Made by a program: the position numbers and the translations under genes
Assembly (NCBI GenBank): GCA_014251975.1
Contig: CP059204.1
Location: forward strand, 330,001 to 362,000
DNA: 32,000 nucleotides
Direction of reading: 5' to 3'
DNA from: Blattabacterium cuenoti
GTDB taxonomy: Bacteria; Bacteroidota; Bacteroidia; Flavobacteriales; Blattabacteriaceae
Notes under the pieces: model-generated
Database searches by the model: none
What the model was told of the DNA's origin: nothing
The model's input: only the letters and a program-made list of their open reading frames with translations
Shown here: positions 9,728-19,751 of the stretch, in pieces
How positions within the stretch are numbered: position 1 is the stretch's first letter
Layout of the letters: every line of letters starts with the position of its first letter

Positions 9728-11638
9728 ATGAATAAAATTATAGGAATAGATTTAGGTACTACAAATTCTTGTGTTTCCGTTATGGAAATTAATGATCCAA
9801 TTGTAATATCTAATTCAGAAGGTAAAAGAACTACACCATCTATTGTTGCATTTATAGATGGAGGAGAAAGAAAAATAGGAGATCCTGCAAAAAGACAAGC
9901 AGTTACTAATCCTCAAAAAACTATTTTTTCTATTAAAAGATTTATGGGTAGAATGTATTCAGAAGTTTCTGAGGAATTAAAACATATACCATATAAAGTA
10001 ATAAAAGGTGGGAATAATACACCGCGTGTTAGCATAAATAATAGATTGTATGCTCCTCAAGAAATTTCTGCTATGATTTTGCAAAAAATGAAAAAAACTG
10101 CAGAAGATTATTTAGGGCAAGAAGTAAAAAAAGCTGTAATTACTGTACCTGCGTATTTTAATGATGCACAAAGACAAGCTACAAAAGAAGCTGGAGAAAT
10201 AGCTGGATTAAAAGTAGAAAGAATTATAAATGAACCTACTGCAGCTGCACTAGCATATGGATTAGATAAAAGCAATCAAAATAAAAAAATTGTAGTATAT
10301 GACTTAGGAGGTGGTACATTTGATGTATCTATATTAGAATTAGGTGATGGAGTATTTGAAGTTTTATCTACTAATGGAGATACCCATTTAGGAGGTGATA
10401 ATTTTGATCAAGTAATTATTGACTATTTAGCCAATACTTTTAAATCTCAAGAAAATATAGATCTAAGAAAAGATCCTATGGCCTTACAAAGACTAAAAGA
10501 AGCTTCAGAAAAAGCAAAAATAGAATTATCATCATCCAATCAAACTGAAATTAATTTACCATATGTTACTGCTACTGATTCTGGTCCAAAACATTTAGTA
10601 ATAACATTAACTAAATCAAAATTTGAACAACTTTCAGAAAATTTAATAAAACGTTCTATAGATCCATGTCTTAATGCTTTAAAAGATGCTAATTTAAAAA
10701 CAAAGGATATTAACGAAGTTATTTTAGTTGGTGGTTCTACTAGAATTCCTAAAGTACAAATGGAAGTTGAAAATTTTTTTAAAAAAAAACCATCAAAGGG
10801 TGTTAATCCTGATGAAGTAGTAGCTATTGGTGCTGCTATACAAGGTGGAGTCTTAACAGGTGATGTACAGGATGTATTATTATTAGATGTTACACCTTTA
10901 TCTTTAGGTATTGAAACTTTAGGTGGTGTCTTTACTAAGCTTATAGATTCTAACACTACAATTCCTACTAAAAAATCTGAAACATTTTCTACAGCATCAG
11001 ATAATCAATCTGCAGTTACTATAAGAGTTGGACAAGGAGAAAGGTCTATGTTTAACGATAATAAAGAAATAGGAAGATTCGATTTAGTAGATATTCCACC
11101 TGCTCCAAGAGGTGTACCTCAAATAGAAGTTTCTTTTGATATAGATGCTAATGGTATACTTAATGTTTCTGCAAAAAATAAAGGAACTGGTAAAGAACAA
11201 TCTATAAAAATAGAAACATCTTCTGGTTTAAGTCAAGTTGAAATAGACAAGATGAAAAAAGAAGCTAAAGAAAATGCTAAAAAAGATGATAATATAAAAA
11301 AAGAAATTGAAAAACTAAATACAGCTGATAATCAAATTTTTCAAACAGAAAAACAATTAAAAGAAAACGCAGATAAATTATCTAAAAAAAATAAAAAAAA
11401 TATAGAAGATTGTCTAACAAAATTAAAAAAAGCACATTCTGAAAAAAATATACAAGAAATAGATAATACAATTAAAATACTAAATGAAGCATGGATTAAT
11501 GCATCTAGTGATCTTTATCCTAAAGCTCAAAATAAAAAAAATAATTATTCAGATAAAAAAGAAAATAAAATAAATTCTACAAAAAATAAAAAAAATGAAG
11601 AAAATGTACAAGATATAGATTATGAAGAAGTTAAATAA
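9728..11638 (+). CDS. dnaK: Chaperone DnaK (Hsp70)
   Basis: 636 aa. [17 protein letters not shown] and [13 protein letters not shown] are present, with full-length Hsp70 architecture. Confidence 0.98.
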   Translation: MNKIIGIDLGTTNSCVSVMEINDPIVISNSEGKRTTPSIVAFIDGGERKIGDPAKRQAVTNPQKTIFSIKRFMGRMYSEVSEELKHIPYKVIKGGNNTPRVSINNRLYAPQEISAMILQKMKKTAEDYLGQEVKKAVITVPAYFNDAQRQATKEAGEIAGLKVERIINEPTAAALAYGLDKSNQNKKIVVYDLGGGTFDVSILELGDGVFEVLSTNGDTHLGGDNFDQVIIDYLANTFKSQENIDLRKDPMALQRLKEASEKAKIELSSSNQTEINLPYVTATDSGPKHLVITLTKSKFEQLSENLIKRSIDPCLNALKDANLKTKDINEVILVGGSTRIPKVQMEVENFFKKKPSKGVNPDEVVAIGAAIQGGVLTGDVQDVLLLDVTPLSLGIETLGGVFTKLIDSNTTIPTKKSETFSTASDNQSAVTIRVGQGERSMFNDNKEIGRFDLVDIPPAPRGVPQIEVSFDIDANGILNVSAKNKGTGKEQSIKIETSSGLSQVEIDKMKKEAKENAKKDDNIKKEIEKLNTADNQIFQTEKQLKENADKLSKKNKKNIEDCLTKLKKAHSEKNIQEIDNTIKILNEAWINASSDLYPKAQNKKNNYSDKKENKINSTKNKKNEENVQDIDYEEVK

Positions 11639-11678
11639 AAAATTAGTGAGATATAATTATATCTCACTAATTTTTTTT
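11639..11678. terminator. Palindromic hairpin, likely an intrinsic terminator at the convergent dnaK/ftsH junction
   Basis: The perfect palindrome aaaaTTAGTGAGATATAATTATATCTCACTAAtttt spans 11639-11674 (up to 16 bp of stem). A T-run to 11678 follows on the + strand and an A-run precedes it. The ftsH stop codon (11667-11669) lies inside the 3' arm. Confidence 0.6.
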
Positions 11679-13625
11679 ATTTAAAGTTTTTTTATCTTTT
11701 TCTTTTAATATATTCCCTATTTCATCTTCATATGCTCTTTCCCCAAAAATATTTACTAAATCTTCTCTAAATAAAACTTCTTTATCTAAAAGTTTATTGG
11801 CTAATAAAATGAATTTTTTTTTATTGTCTAATAATATTTTTTTAGATCTTTCATATTGTTCAATAACAATTTTTGAAACTTCCTCATCTATAATTTGGGC
11901 TGTTTTTTCACTATAAGGTTTAGAAAAATAAAATTCATTTTGCCCTGTAGAATCATAATAAGAAATATTTCCTATTTTTTCATTTAATCCAAAAATTGAT
12001 ACCATAGATTGAGCTTGCTTTGTAACTATTTCTAAATCACTTAAAGCACCGGTAGAGACTGATTTAAAAATTATTTCTTCTGCTGACCTACCAGACAACA
12101 ATGTACATATTTCATCTTTCATTTGATCTGTGGTAGTTATTTGCCTTTCCTCTGGTAAATACCAAGCAGAACCTAAGGATCTTCCTCTAGGAATTATAGT
12201 AACTTTAACTAAAGGAGAAGCATATTTTAATAACCAACTAACTGCAGCATGTCCAGCTTCATGATAAGCAATTCTCTTTTTTTCGTCTGGTTTTATTATT
12301 TTATTTTTTTTTTCTAAACCTCCTATTATTCTATCTATAGCATCCAAAAAATCTTTATTTTTTATTTCTGATCTATTTTTTCTAGCTGCAATTAATGCTG
12401 ATTCGTTACATATATTAGCTATATCAGCACCGCTAAATCCTGGTGTTTGTCTAGATAAAAAATCTATATCTACATCTTTTGATAAAATTAATTTTTTTAA
12501 ATGAACAATAAATATTTCTTTTCTTTCTTTTAATTCTGGAGGATCTACTAATATAGTCCTATCAAATCGTCCGGGACGCAATAAAGCACTATCTAATATA
12601 TCAGATCTATTAGTAGCAGCTAATACAATTACATTAGTATTAGTATCAAAACCATCCATTTCTGTCAAAAGTTGATTCAATGTGTTTTCTCTTTCATCAT
12701 TAGATCCTGCTATACTTGCTTTTCCTCTAGATCTACCAATAGCATCTATTTCATCAATAAAGATTATACATGGAGATTTTTCTTTTGCTTTTTCAAATAA
12801 ATCTCTTACTCTAGAAGCACCCACTCCTACAAACATTTCAACGAAATCTGATCCAGATAAAGAAAAAAATGGTACTTTAGCCTCCCCTGCTACTGCTTTA
12901 GCTAATAATGTTTTTCCAGTACCGGGTTCTCCTATTAATAATGCTCCTTTTGGTATTTTACCTCCTAATTTTGTATATTTTTTTGGATTTTTTAAAAATT
13001 CTACTATTTCTTGAACTTCTTCTTTAGCTCCTTCTAACCCTGCAACATCTTTAAAAGTTGTTTTTACATGTTCATTTTCGTTAAATAGTCTAGCCTTAGA
13101 TTTTCCAATATTAAATATTTGACTTCCAGGACCACCACCAGATGATCCTATTTTTTTAAATAAGAACATCCAAAATATTATAAGTAAAATAAAAAATATA
13201 CCGTAATCAAAAAAAAATTTAGTTATAGTATATTCCGGTTGATTTTTAAAATCTATAACAGTATCTAAATTATATATATTTTTATATTTTTCAAATTTAT
13301 TCTGGAAAAATTGTAAATCTCCTATTTCAAATTTATATTTTAGAATAGGTTTTTTTTTAACTAATTCTAATTCATTATTGATTATTTTTCTTTGTATTGT
13401 AGAAGAATTTAAACCTAAATTAAAAAAATTATTTTTTAAATAAACATATACTAATTCTTTATGTTTAATAATAATTTTATCTACTTTTCCTTTTGATAAA
13501 ATATCGAAAAAATAATTTTGATGTATTTTTTTAGGTTCATAAAAAGAAGATTTTAAAAAAAATATTCCTATAAATACGGAAAATATAATTGCATATATCC
13601 AAAAAAAGTTATTTTTGTTTTTCAT
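11667..13625 (-). CDS. ftsH: ATP-dependent zinc metalloprotease FtsH
   Basis: 652 aa. It has N-terminal TM segments, Walker A GEPGTGKT, Walker [10 protein letters not shown], the SRH region, and zinc motif HEAGHA. Confidence 0.97.
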   Translation of the reverse strand: MKNKNNFFWIYAIIFSVFIGIFFLKSSFYEPKKIHQNYFFDILSKGKVDKIIIKHKELVYVYLKNNFFNLGLNSSTIQRKIINNELELVKKKPILKYKFEIGDLQFFQNKFEKYKNIYNLDTVIDFKNQPEYTITKFFFDYGIFFILLIIFWMFLFKKIGSSGGGPGSQIFNIGKSKARLFNENEHVKTTFKDVAGLEGAKEEVQEIVEFLKNPKKYTKLGGKIPKGALLIGEPGTGKTLLAKAVAGEAKVPFFSLSGSDFVEMFVGVGASRVRDLFEKAKEKSPCIIFIDEIDAIGRSRGKASIAGSNDERENTLNQLLTEMDGFDTNTNVIVLAATNRSDILDSALLRPGRFDRTILVDPPELKERKEIFIVHLKKLILSKDVDIDFLSRQTPGFSGADIANICNESALIAARKNRSEIKNKDFLDAIDRIIGGLEKKNKIIKPDEKKRIAYHEAGHAAVSWLLKYASPLVKVTIIPRGRSLGSAWYLPEERQITTTDQMKDEICTLLSGRSAEEIIFKSVSTGALSDLEIVTKQAQSMVSIFGLNEKIGNISYYDSTGQNEFYFSKPYSEKTAQIIDEEVSKIVIEQYERSKKILLDNKKKFILLANKLLDKEVLFREDLVNIFGERAYEDEIGNILKEKDKKTLNKKN

Positions 13626-13691
13626 TATAATATTTCTTTCATCATCACCTAATTGATGATAATATTTTTTATATATCTTTTTAAAAAAATT

Positions 13692-14003
13692 CTATTCCCA
13701 AATTTTTTCTATATCATAATATGATCTTATTTTTTTTTGAAAAATATGAACTACTATCGTAGTATAATCAACTAAAATCCATTCTTTATTTTTTGAACCT
13801 TCTATATTATAAGGTATTTTATATATTTTTCTTTTTACAATTTTTTCAACATTTTGATATATTGAATATACTTGATTTTTAGATTTTCCATCACAAATAA
13901 CAAAATAATCACATATAAAATTCTTTTTATTTATTAAATTTATAATTTTAACATTCTCTCCTTTTATCATTTGAATACCTTCTAATATTATTTTTAACAA
14001 CAA
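13692..14003 (-). CDS. rsfS: Ribosome silencing factor RsfS
   Basis: 103 aa. CDYFVICDGKSKNQV and WILVDYTTIVVHIF match the RsfS/IojAP pattern. The start is TTG (plus-strand caa at 14001-14003). Confidence 0.8.
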   Translation of the reverse strand: MLLKIILEGIQMIKGENVKIINLINKKNFICDYFVICDGKSKNQVYSIYQNVEKIVKRKIYKIPYNIEGSKNKEWILVDYTTIVVHIFQKKIRSYYDIEKIWE

Positions 14004-14025
14004 AATAAAAACTGATTAAATAAAA

Positions 14026-14033
14026 CAAAAATA
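14026..14033 (-). promoter_or_regulatory. Candidate Bacteroidota -7 box (TATTTTTG) for rsfS(-ftsH)
   Basis: The minus strand reads TTATTTTTGTTT, matching TAnnTTTG, 22 nt upstream of the rsfS start. The same 12-mer occurs upstream of rpsL. Confidence 0.35.
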
Positions 14034-14066
14034 ATATTTAGTTTTTAATAAAAAAATAAAAATATT

Positions 14067-14840
14067 TTGATAAATTTTATATATCCAACAAAATTAATAT
14101 TTTTAAATAGTGTTAAATCAACAAATACATATGCAAAAAAATACTATAAAAAATTTTCTATACAAAAAAAATTTTGGATTATTATATCATCCAAAAAACA
14201 AATTAATGGATATGGTAGATCAGGATCTTGGATATCTGATAATAATAAAAACTTAACTTTTAGTATAATTATAAATATAAAAAATATATATATTAATGAT
14301 ATTTACTTTATCAACATTATTGTATGTAATTCTATTCATAAAATTATATCTAAAATTATTAAATCAACAAAAAATAAAAAAATAAATTGTTATATAAAAT
14401 GGCCTAATGATATAATATTAAATAATAAAAAAATATCTGGTATATTAACAGAATCAATTTCTTCATATAATAAAATACATGCAGTAATTGTAGGAATTGG
14501 TATTAATATACTTCAAAAAAATTTTTATTTTAAACTAAATGCTACTTCTTTAATAAATATTTTCAATAAAAAATTTAATTTAAGATTACTATTATATAGA
14601 ATAATATTTTTTATTCAAAGTGAATATTATCTATTTGAAAATTATAATAACAAATTAATTAAAAAATATTATATAAAAAATTTATTTTTATCAGAAAAAA
14701 AATCAGTTTTCTTTTTGATAAAAAAAAATATATATATATATGGAACTATAAAAAATGTTACAGATAGTGGATATATAATAATAGAATTTAATAAAAAATT
14801 ATTTAGTTTTTATCAAAAAGAAATAAAATTTATATTATAA
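14067..14840 (+). CDS. birA: Biotin--[acetyl-CoA-carboxylase] ligase (BirA-like, no HTH domain)
   Basis: 257 aa. It has STN...A, a GYGRSGSW loop (degenerate GRGRxGRxW), and KWPNDIILNNKKISGILTE. The start is TTG at 14067. Confidence 0.8.
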   Translation: MINFIYPTKLIFLNSVKSTNTYAKKYYKKFSIQKKFWIIISSKKQINGYGRSGSWISDNNKNLTFSIIINIKNIYINDIYFINIIVCNSIHKIISKIIKSTKNKKINCYIKWPNDIILNNKKISGILTESISSYNKIHAVIVGIGINILQKNFYFKLNATSLINIFNKKFNLRLLLYRIIFFIQSEYYLFENYNNKLIKKYYIKNLFLSEKKSVFFLIKKNIYIYGTIKNVTDSGYIIIEFNKKLFSFYQKEIKFIL

Positions 14841-14848
14841 AATATTAA

Positions 14849-16552
14849 TTAATTTTTTATTATATTTTTGTTTAAAAAATTTATTTTAATTATAAAAAAG
14901 AATATTATATTTATAATATTTGATACAAAATAATATAATGATAATGCTGATGCATAACTATTTATAAATAATAACATAATAAACGGCATTAAATATAAAA
15001 TAAAATTAGAATTATTATACATATCATCGCTTTGTCTAAAAGAATTTCTATCATTACCACTAATTTTAGTATATAAAAATAAAACAAAAGAATATAATAA
15101 AGTTAATAAGCTTATATGATTACCATAAAATGGTATATTAAAAGAAAAATCATAAATAGAATCATATGATGTCAAATCATCTACCCAAAGAAAAGATTTT
15201 CCTCTTAAATTAATTAAAGTAGGAAAAAATTTAAATAGTGAATAAAAAATTGGTATTTGTAAAATAATTGATAAACAACCAGATAGAGGATTAATCCCTG
15301 ATTTTTTATATAAATCTATCATTGCCATTTGTTTTTTTACTAAATCTTTTTCATTTTTATATTTATTATTTATTTTTTCTATCTCTGGTTTAAGTAATTT
15401 CATATAGTAGCTTAACTCATATTGCTTATAAGTTATTGGTAATAATATTACTTTTACTACTAAAGTCATTAAAATTATTATAACTCCATAATTTAAATTA
15501 GTTTTTTCTAAAAATTGAAATATTTTCAGAAAAAAATATTTATTAATAAATTTTAGAAAACCCCATCCAAATGGTATTATATCTTCAAATTCATTATTAT
15601 AATAATTCAATAAATTTATATCTAATGGTCCAAAATAAAATTTAAAAGTAACATTCATATTTTTTTTTGAATTATCACTACAAAATATATTTATTTTTTT
15701 GAGTATCTTACCATAAGAAAAATTTTCAGATTTAATAAAAACATTATTTAATGTTTTTAAGGGGATTATAATTGTAGTAAAAAATTGTTGTTTATTCGCA
15801 ATCCAATTAACATTGTTTATATTTTTATATTCAGTTTTTTTTTCAGAAAAATTGTCAATTGAAGTATTATTATTATCATTAAAAGAATAATATAATTTAG
15901 TATAAGAATTTTCCCAATTTCTATCTTTTTCTATAGAAAAAATATTTTGTTGTATACATATATTTTTATATTTATATAATTCCATATTTTTTGATATAAT
16001 AGAAAAATTAATATCATATCCATTTTTATTATTTATATCATATATATAATAAATTATACCTTTTTTATAATAGGGATTGATAGTTTTTAATATAATTCTT
16101 TTATCATTTATTAAAAATGGTACAAAATATAATTTTTTTGTATCAACAAATTCATCTAAATTATTATTTTTTCTAAAAAAAATAATTTTATTTTGAAAAC
16201 TAAAATCTTTAGATATAAATAAATTTTTATAATAATTTAAATCAGATGTTGAATTATAAGATTTATATTTTTTTAATAAAACATCTTCAATCATTCCACC
16301 TATATTAGAAATTTTAAATCTTAATACATTATTTTCTATAATAAAATATTTTTTATTCTTATATTTTTTATTATTATTAACTATAGGATATATACTAGTA
16401 TTAGTATTATTATATACATGTGCATGTGATTTAATAAATTTTTTTTTATTATATTCATCATGTAAATTGGAATAATAAAAAATTGTTAAAATAACAAAAA
16501 TTAAAAATAATCCTATCATAGAATTATTATCAATATTTCTATTTTTTATCAT
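14849..16552 (-). CDS. yidC: Membrane protein insertase YidC
   Basis: This is the long Bacteroidota-type YidC, with a C-terminal 60-kDa insertase core (PLSGCLSIILQIPIFYSLF). The track ORF begins at a TTG (16564). I prefer the ATG at 16550-16552 (MIKNRNIDNNSMIGLF...). Either start overlaps the pyrG 3' end. Confidence 0.88.
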   Translation of the reverse strand: MIKNRNIDNNSMIGLFLIFVILTIFYYSNLHDEYNKKKFIKSHAHVYNNTNTSIYPIVNNNKKYKNKKYFIIENNVLRFKISNIGGMIEDVLLKKYKSYNSTSDLNYYKNLFISKDFSFQNKIIFFRKNNNLDEFVDTKKLYFVPFLINDKRIILKTINPYYKKGIIYYIYDINNKNGYDINFSIISKNMELYKYKNICIQQNIFSIEKDRNWENSYTKLYYSFNDNNNTSIDNFSEKKTEYKNINNVNWIANKQQFFTTIIIPLKTLNNVFIKSENFSYGKILKKINIFCSDNSKKNMNVTFKFYFGPLDINLLNYYNNEFEDIIPFGWGFLKFINKYFFLKIFQFLEKTNLNYGVIIILMTLVVKVILLPITYKQYELSYYMKLLKPEIEKINNKYKNEKDLVKKQMAMIDLYKKSGINPLSGCLSIILQIPIFYSLFKFFPTLINLRGKSFLWVDDLTSYDSIYDFSFNIPFYGNHISLLTLLYSFVLFLYTKISGNDRNSFRQSDDMYNNSNFILYLMPFIMLLFINSYASALSLYYFVSNIINIIFFFIIKINFLNKNIIKN

Positions 16553-18167
16553 AATAAATATCAAAAGATTTATATTCTTTAGAAATTTTTATGAAATTAA
16601 TAAATAATGGATGAGGTTTAGTAACTCTGCTTTTATATTCTGGATGATATTGAACACCTATAAAAAATATGTGATTTTCTAATTCTAATGCTTCTACTAA
16701 TCCAGTTTCGTTATTAACTCCTACCATTTTCATAGAAGAATTAGAAAAATATTTTAAATAATTATTATTAAATTCATATCTATGACGATGTCTTTCAAAT
16801 ATTTCAATTTTTTTATTATAAATAAAAAATAATTTGGAATTCTCCAAAATAGAACATTTCCAATTACCTAACCTCATAGTCCCTCCTTTATTAAAAATTT
16901 TTTTTTGACTATCCATTAAACTTATAACAGGATAAGAAGATAATGGATTAATTTCATGACTTTCTGCGTTTTTTATACCTAAAACATTTCTTGCATATTC
17001 TATAACGGCTATTTGCATACCTAAACATATTCCAAAGAATGGTATATTATTTTCTCTTGCATGTTTAGTCGCTAATATTTTACCACTTATCCCTCTTTTA
17101 CCAAATCCTGGTGCTACTAAAATACCTGAAATATTTTTAAATAAATATTTTACATTATTTTTTTGTATAATATCAGAATTAATCCATTTTATTTTAACTA
17201 AAATTTCATTTTCTGTACCAGCATGAATTAAAGCTTCTATAATAGATTTATAAGAATCTTTAAAAGATACATATTTCCCAACTATAGCAATAGTAATTTT
17301 ATATTTTGGATTATTAAATTTTTTTATAAAATTTTTCCATTTTGTTAAATTTATTTCAACAACTGAGTTAATTTTTAAATTACATAATACTTTTTTACCA
17401 AAATTTTGTACGTTTAATAAATAAGGTATTTCATATATAATATTAGTATCTATATATTCTATAACATATTCTGGTCTTACATTACATAATAATGCAATTT
17501 TATTTATAATATTTTTAGATATACGAATTTTAGTCCTACATACAATTAAATCTGCTTGTATACCATTTTCCATTAAATTTCTAACAGAATGTTGTGTAGG
17601 TTTTGTTTTTATCTCTCCTGATATATATGGTAGTAATGTTAAATGAATAATTATACTATTATATTTACCTAATTCCCATTTTAATTGACGTATAGATTCA
17701 ATATAAGGTAAAATTTCAATATCACCGACTGTACCTCCAATTTCTATTATAATTATATCATATTTTTTTAATCTACCAATAATTTTTATTCGTCTTTTAA
17801 TTTCATTAGTAATATGTGGAATAACTTGTACAGTTTTACCTAGATAAATACCTTTCCTTTCGTTATCTATAACTGTTTTATAAATTAACCCTGACGTTAT
17901 ATTATTCTCTTTAGTGGTATTCTCATCTAAAAATCTTTCATAATGGCCTAAATCTAAATCTGTTTCTGTCCCATCTTTAGTTACAAAACATTCTCCATGC
18001 TCATAAGGATTTAAAGTACCTGGATCAACATTGAAATAAGGATCAAATTTTAATATTGATATTTTGTATCCTGAAGACTTTAATAACATACCTAAAGATG
18101 CAGATAAAACGCCTTTTCCTAAGGATGAGACTACACCACCCATAACGAAAATATATTTTGTTTCCAC
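16539..18167 (-). CDS. pyrG: CTP synthase
   Basis: 542 aa. KYIFVMGGVVSSLGKG and the glutaminase motif GICLGMQ are present. The start is GTG (plus-strand cac at 18165-18167). Confidence 0.97.
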   Translation of the reverse strand: METKYIFVMGGVVSSLGKGVLSASLGMLLKSSGYKISILKFDPYFNVDPGTLNPYEHGECFVTKDGTETDLDLGHYERFLDENTTKENNITSGLIYKTVIDNERKGIYLGKTVQVIPHITNEIKRRIKIIGRLKKYDIIIIEIGGTVGDIEILPYIESIRQLKWELGKYNSIIIHLTLLPYISGEIKTKPTQHSVRNLMENGIQADLIVCRTKIRISKNIINKIALLCNVRPEYVIEYIDTNIIYEIPYLLNVQNFGKKVLCNLKINSVVEINLTKWKNFIKKFNNPKYKITIAIVGKYVSFKDSYKSIIEALIHAGTENEILVKIKWINSDIIQKNNVKYLFKNISGILVAPGFGKRGISGKILATKHARENNIPFFGICLGMQIAVIEYARNVLGIKNAESHEINPLSSYPVISLMDSQKKIFNKGGTMRLGNWKCSILENSKLFFIYNKKIEIFERHRHRYEFNNNYLKYFSNSSMKMVGVNNETGLVEALELENHIFFIGVQYHPEYKSRVTKPHPLFINFIKISKEYKSFDIYYDKK

Positions 18168-18210
18168 TTAAAATGAATAATAAAATTAATAGAATTTATG
18201 ATTTTTTTTT

Positions 18211-18218
18211 TATCTTTA
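18211..18218 (+). promoter_or_regulatory. Possible -7 box (TATCTTTA) for the SRP RNA gene
   Basis: 7/8 match to TAnnTTTG, ending about 7 nt before the first base of the SRP RNA closing stem. Confidence 0.25.
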
Positions 18219-18225
18219 CCAAGAT

Positions 18226-18331
18226 TCGGGGCAAGTTCTGCACAATCAGCTCCCTATTAATCCTCCAGGGTGGGGACACAGCAAAGGTAATTAGGTGGTA
18301 GCGATGTATGCAGGTTGGCTTGTCCCGTTTT
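18226..18331 (+). ncRNA. ffs: Signal recognition particle RNA (4.5S, small bacterial type)
   Basis: It is a G+C-rich island in an AT-rich spacer. The closing stem CGGGGCAAG (18227-18235) pairs with CUUGUCCCG (18319-18327); its G-U pair is only valid on the + strand. The second stem is CUGCA/UGCAG. The apical domain IV reads AGG-GUG-GGGA-CAC-AGCA (18267-18283): the conserved symmetric loop AGG/AGCA flanks a 3-bp stem capped by a GNRA tetraloop. A trailing UUUU follows. Confidence 0.85.
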
Positions 18332-18344
18332 AAAAAAAAGTTGC

Positions 18345-19748
18345 ATGAATAAGGAAAAATTAATAAAATGTTCTTTTTGCAATAGGACAAAAAATGATAT
18401 CAAAATTTTAGTGTCAGGAATAAATGGAAATATTTGTAATTTTTGCATAGAAAAAACTTATTCAATTTTTAAAAAAAAATATAACATAAACGAAAATTAT
18501 TATAAATATAACGGTAACGGAGATATAATAAGAGACTATAAACAAATAAAAATAGATTATTATAAAGATAATCAATGTTTTAAAATATATGATTATCATG
18601 AATGTTGTAAAAAAAATTTTTTTTATGATAATTTTATAGAAAAAAATTTATATAGACAAGAAAAAAATAATTATTATAATTCAGTAATAAATCCAAAAAT
18701 AAAAAAACCCAAGGATATTAAGAAGTTTTTAGATGAATATGTAATTGGACAAGATCAAGCAAAAAAAATAATATCTGTTTCTGTCTATAATCATAATAAA
18801 AGAGTAAAATATTCTTTATATAAAGAATTTAATAATAGTAATTTACAAATAGAAAAATCTAATATTTTACTTATTGGTGCTACAGGTACTGGAAAAACAT
18901 TATTAGCTAAAAGTATTTCTAAATTTTTGAAAGTACCATTTGCAATGATTGACGCAACCTCACTAACTGAAGCAGGATATGTTGGAGAAGATGTAGAATC
19001 TATTTTAACAAGATTATTACAAGCATCAAATTATGATATAAATTTAGCTGAAAAAGGTATTATTTTTTTAGATGAACTAGATAAAATTTCTAGAAAAAAC
19101 AGTAATGCTACTAGAGATATTTCTGGAGAAGGTGTGCAACAAGCATTATTAAAAATATTAGAAGGCTCTATAATATATATCCCACAACCACAAAGTTCAA
19201 AAAAACATATAGACCAAAAAATGATTCCAATTAATACTGAAAATATTTTATTTATAGCTGGAGGGACTTTTGACGGAATTGAAAAAATTATTTATGATAG
19301 AATTGATAATGATATCACTATAGGATTTAAATCAAAAATTAAAAATACAAATATAGAAAATATTAATAAACGTAAAAATTGTTTAGAATATATAACAGTA
19401 GATGATTTAAAAAATTTTGGATTAATACCTGAATTAATAGGTAGATTCCCTATAATAACATATTTAAATCCATTAGATAGAAATATTTTAAAAAAAATTT
19501 TAATAGAACCTAAAAATTCTTTAATTAAACAATATATAAAATTATTTGAAATGGATGATATTAATCTTAATATTACAAATGATGCTTTAGATTGTATAGT
19601 AGAAAAATCATTAAATATGGGTATTGGAGCAAGAGGGTTAAGAAGTTTCTGCGAAAAAATATTTTTAGATTACATATTCAATATAGAAAAATTACAACAA
19701 AATAAACTAAAAATAGATAAAGATACTATAATAAAAATACTTTCGTAA
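18345..19748 (+). CDS. clpX: ATP-dependent Clp protease ATP-binding subunit ClpX
   Basis: Zinc finger CSFC...CNFC, Walker A GATGTGKT, pore loop GYVG, Walker B IFLDELDK, and an IGF loop (ITIGFKS). I moved the start from the track's TTG at 18315, which lies inside the SRP RNA, to the ATG at 18345 (MNKEKLIKCSFC). Confidence 0.95.
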   Translation: MNKEKLIKCSFCNRTKNDIKILVSGINGNICNFCIEKTYSIFKKKYNINENYYKYNGNGDIIRDYKQIKIDYYKDNQCFKIYDYHECCKKNFFYDNFIEKNLYRQEKNNYYNSVINPKIKKPKDIKKFLDEYVIGQDQAKKIISVSVYNHNKRVKYSLYKEFNNSNLQIEKSNILLIGATGTGKTLLAKSISKFLKVPFAMIDATSLTEAGYVGEDVESILTRLLQASNYDINLAEKGIIFLDELDKISRKNSNATRDISGEGVQQALLKILEGSIIYIPQPQSSKKHIDQKMIPINTENILFIAGGTFDGIEKIIYDRIDNDITIGFKSKIKNTNIENINKRKNCLEYITVDDLKNFGLIPELIGRFPIITYLNPLDRNILKKILIEPKNSLIKQYIKLFEMDDINLNITNDALDCIVEKSLNMGIGARGLRSFCEKIFLDYIFNIEKLQQNKLKIDKDTIIKILS

Positions 19749-19751
19749 AGT

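Noticed and set aside
10540-10956. 138-aa - strand ORF
   Set aside because: Antisense to the most conserved part of dnaK; a shadow ORF.
11643-11670. Possible CIRCE (HrcA) operator: TTAGTGAGA-N10-TCTCACTAA resembles TTAGCACTC-N9-GAGTGCTAA
   Set aside because: Only the outer TTAG/CTAA match. The inner core is TGAG/CTCA rather than CACTC/GAGTG, and the spacer differs. The element lies downstream of dnaK at a convergent junction with a flanking A-run and T-run, so a terminator hairpin fits better.
12682-13014. 110-aa + strand ORF
   Set aside because: Antisense to the ftsH AAA+ domain; a shadow ORF.
13641-13660. 7-bp hairpin ATCATCA-CCTAAT-TGATGAT, 15 nt upstream of the ftsH start, containing an AGGTGAT Shine-Dalgarno-like word on the mRNA strand
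   Set aside because: The stem is short and AU-rich. The SD-like word is about 18 nt from the ATG, which is too far, and Bacteroidota make little use of SD pairing. It could be a minor mRNA structure, but there is no support beyond the pairing itself.
18316-18346. TGGC ... TTGCAT upstream of clpX as a sigma-54 promoter
   Set aside because: The GG-to-GC distance is 26 nt instead of 12. The TGGC is part of the SRP RNA closing stem, and the TTGCATG contains the clpX start codon.
18196-18448. Two overlapping - strand ORFs (64 aa and 63 aa) and the TTG-extended 5' end of clpX (18315-18344)
   Set aside because: All three run across the G+C-rich hairpin that carries the SRP RNA domain IV signature. 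The RNA gene explains the open frames, and clpX has a proper ATG at 18345 just before its zinc finger.
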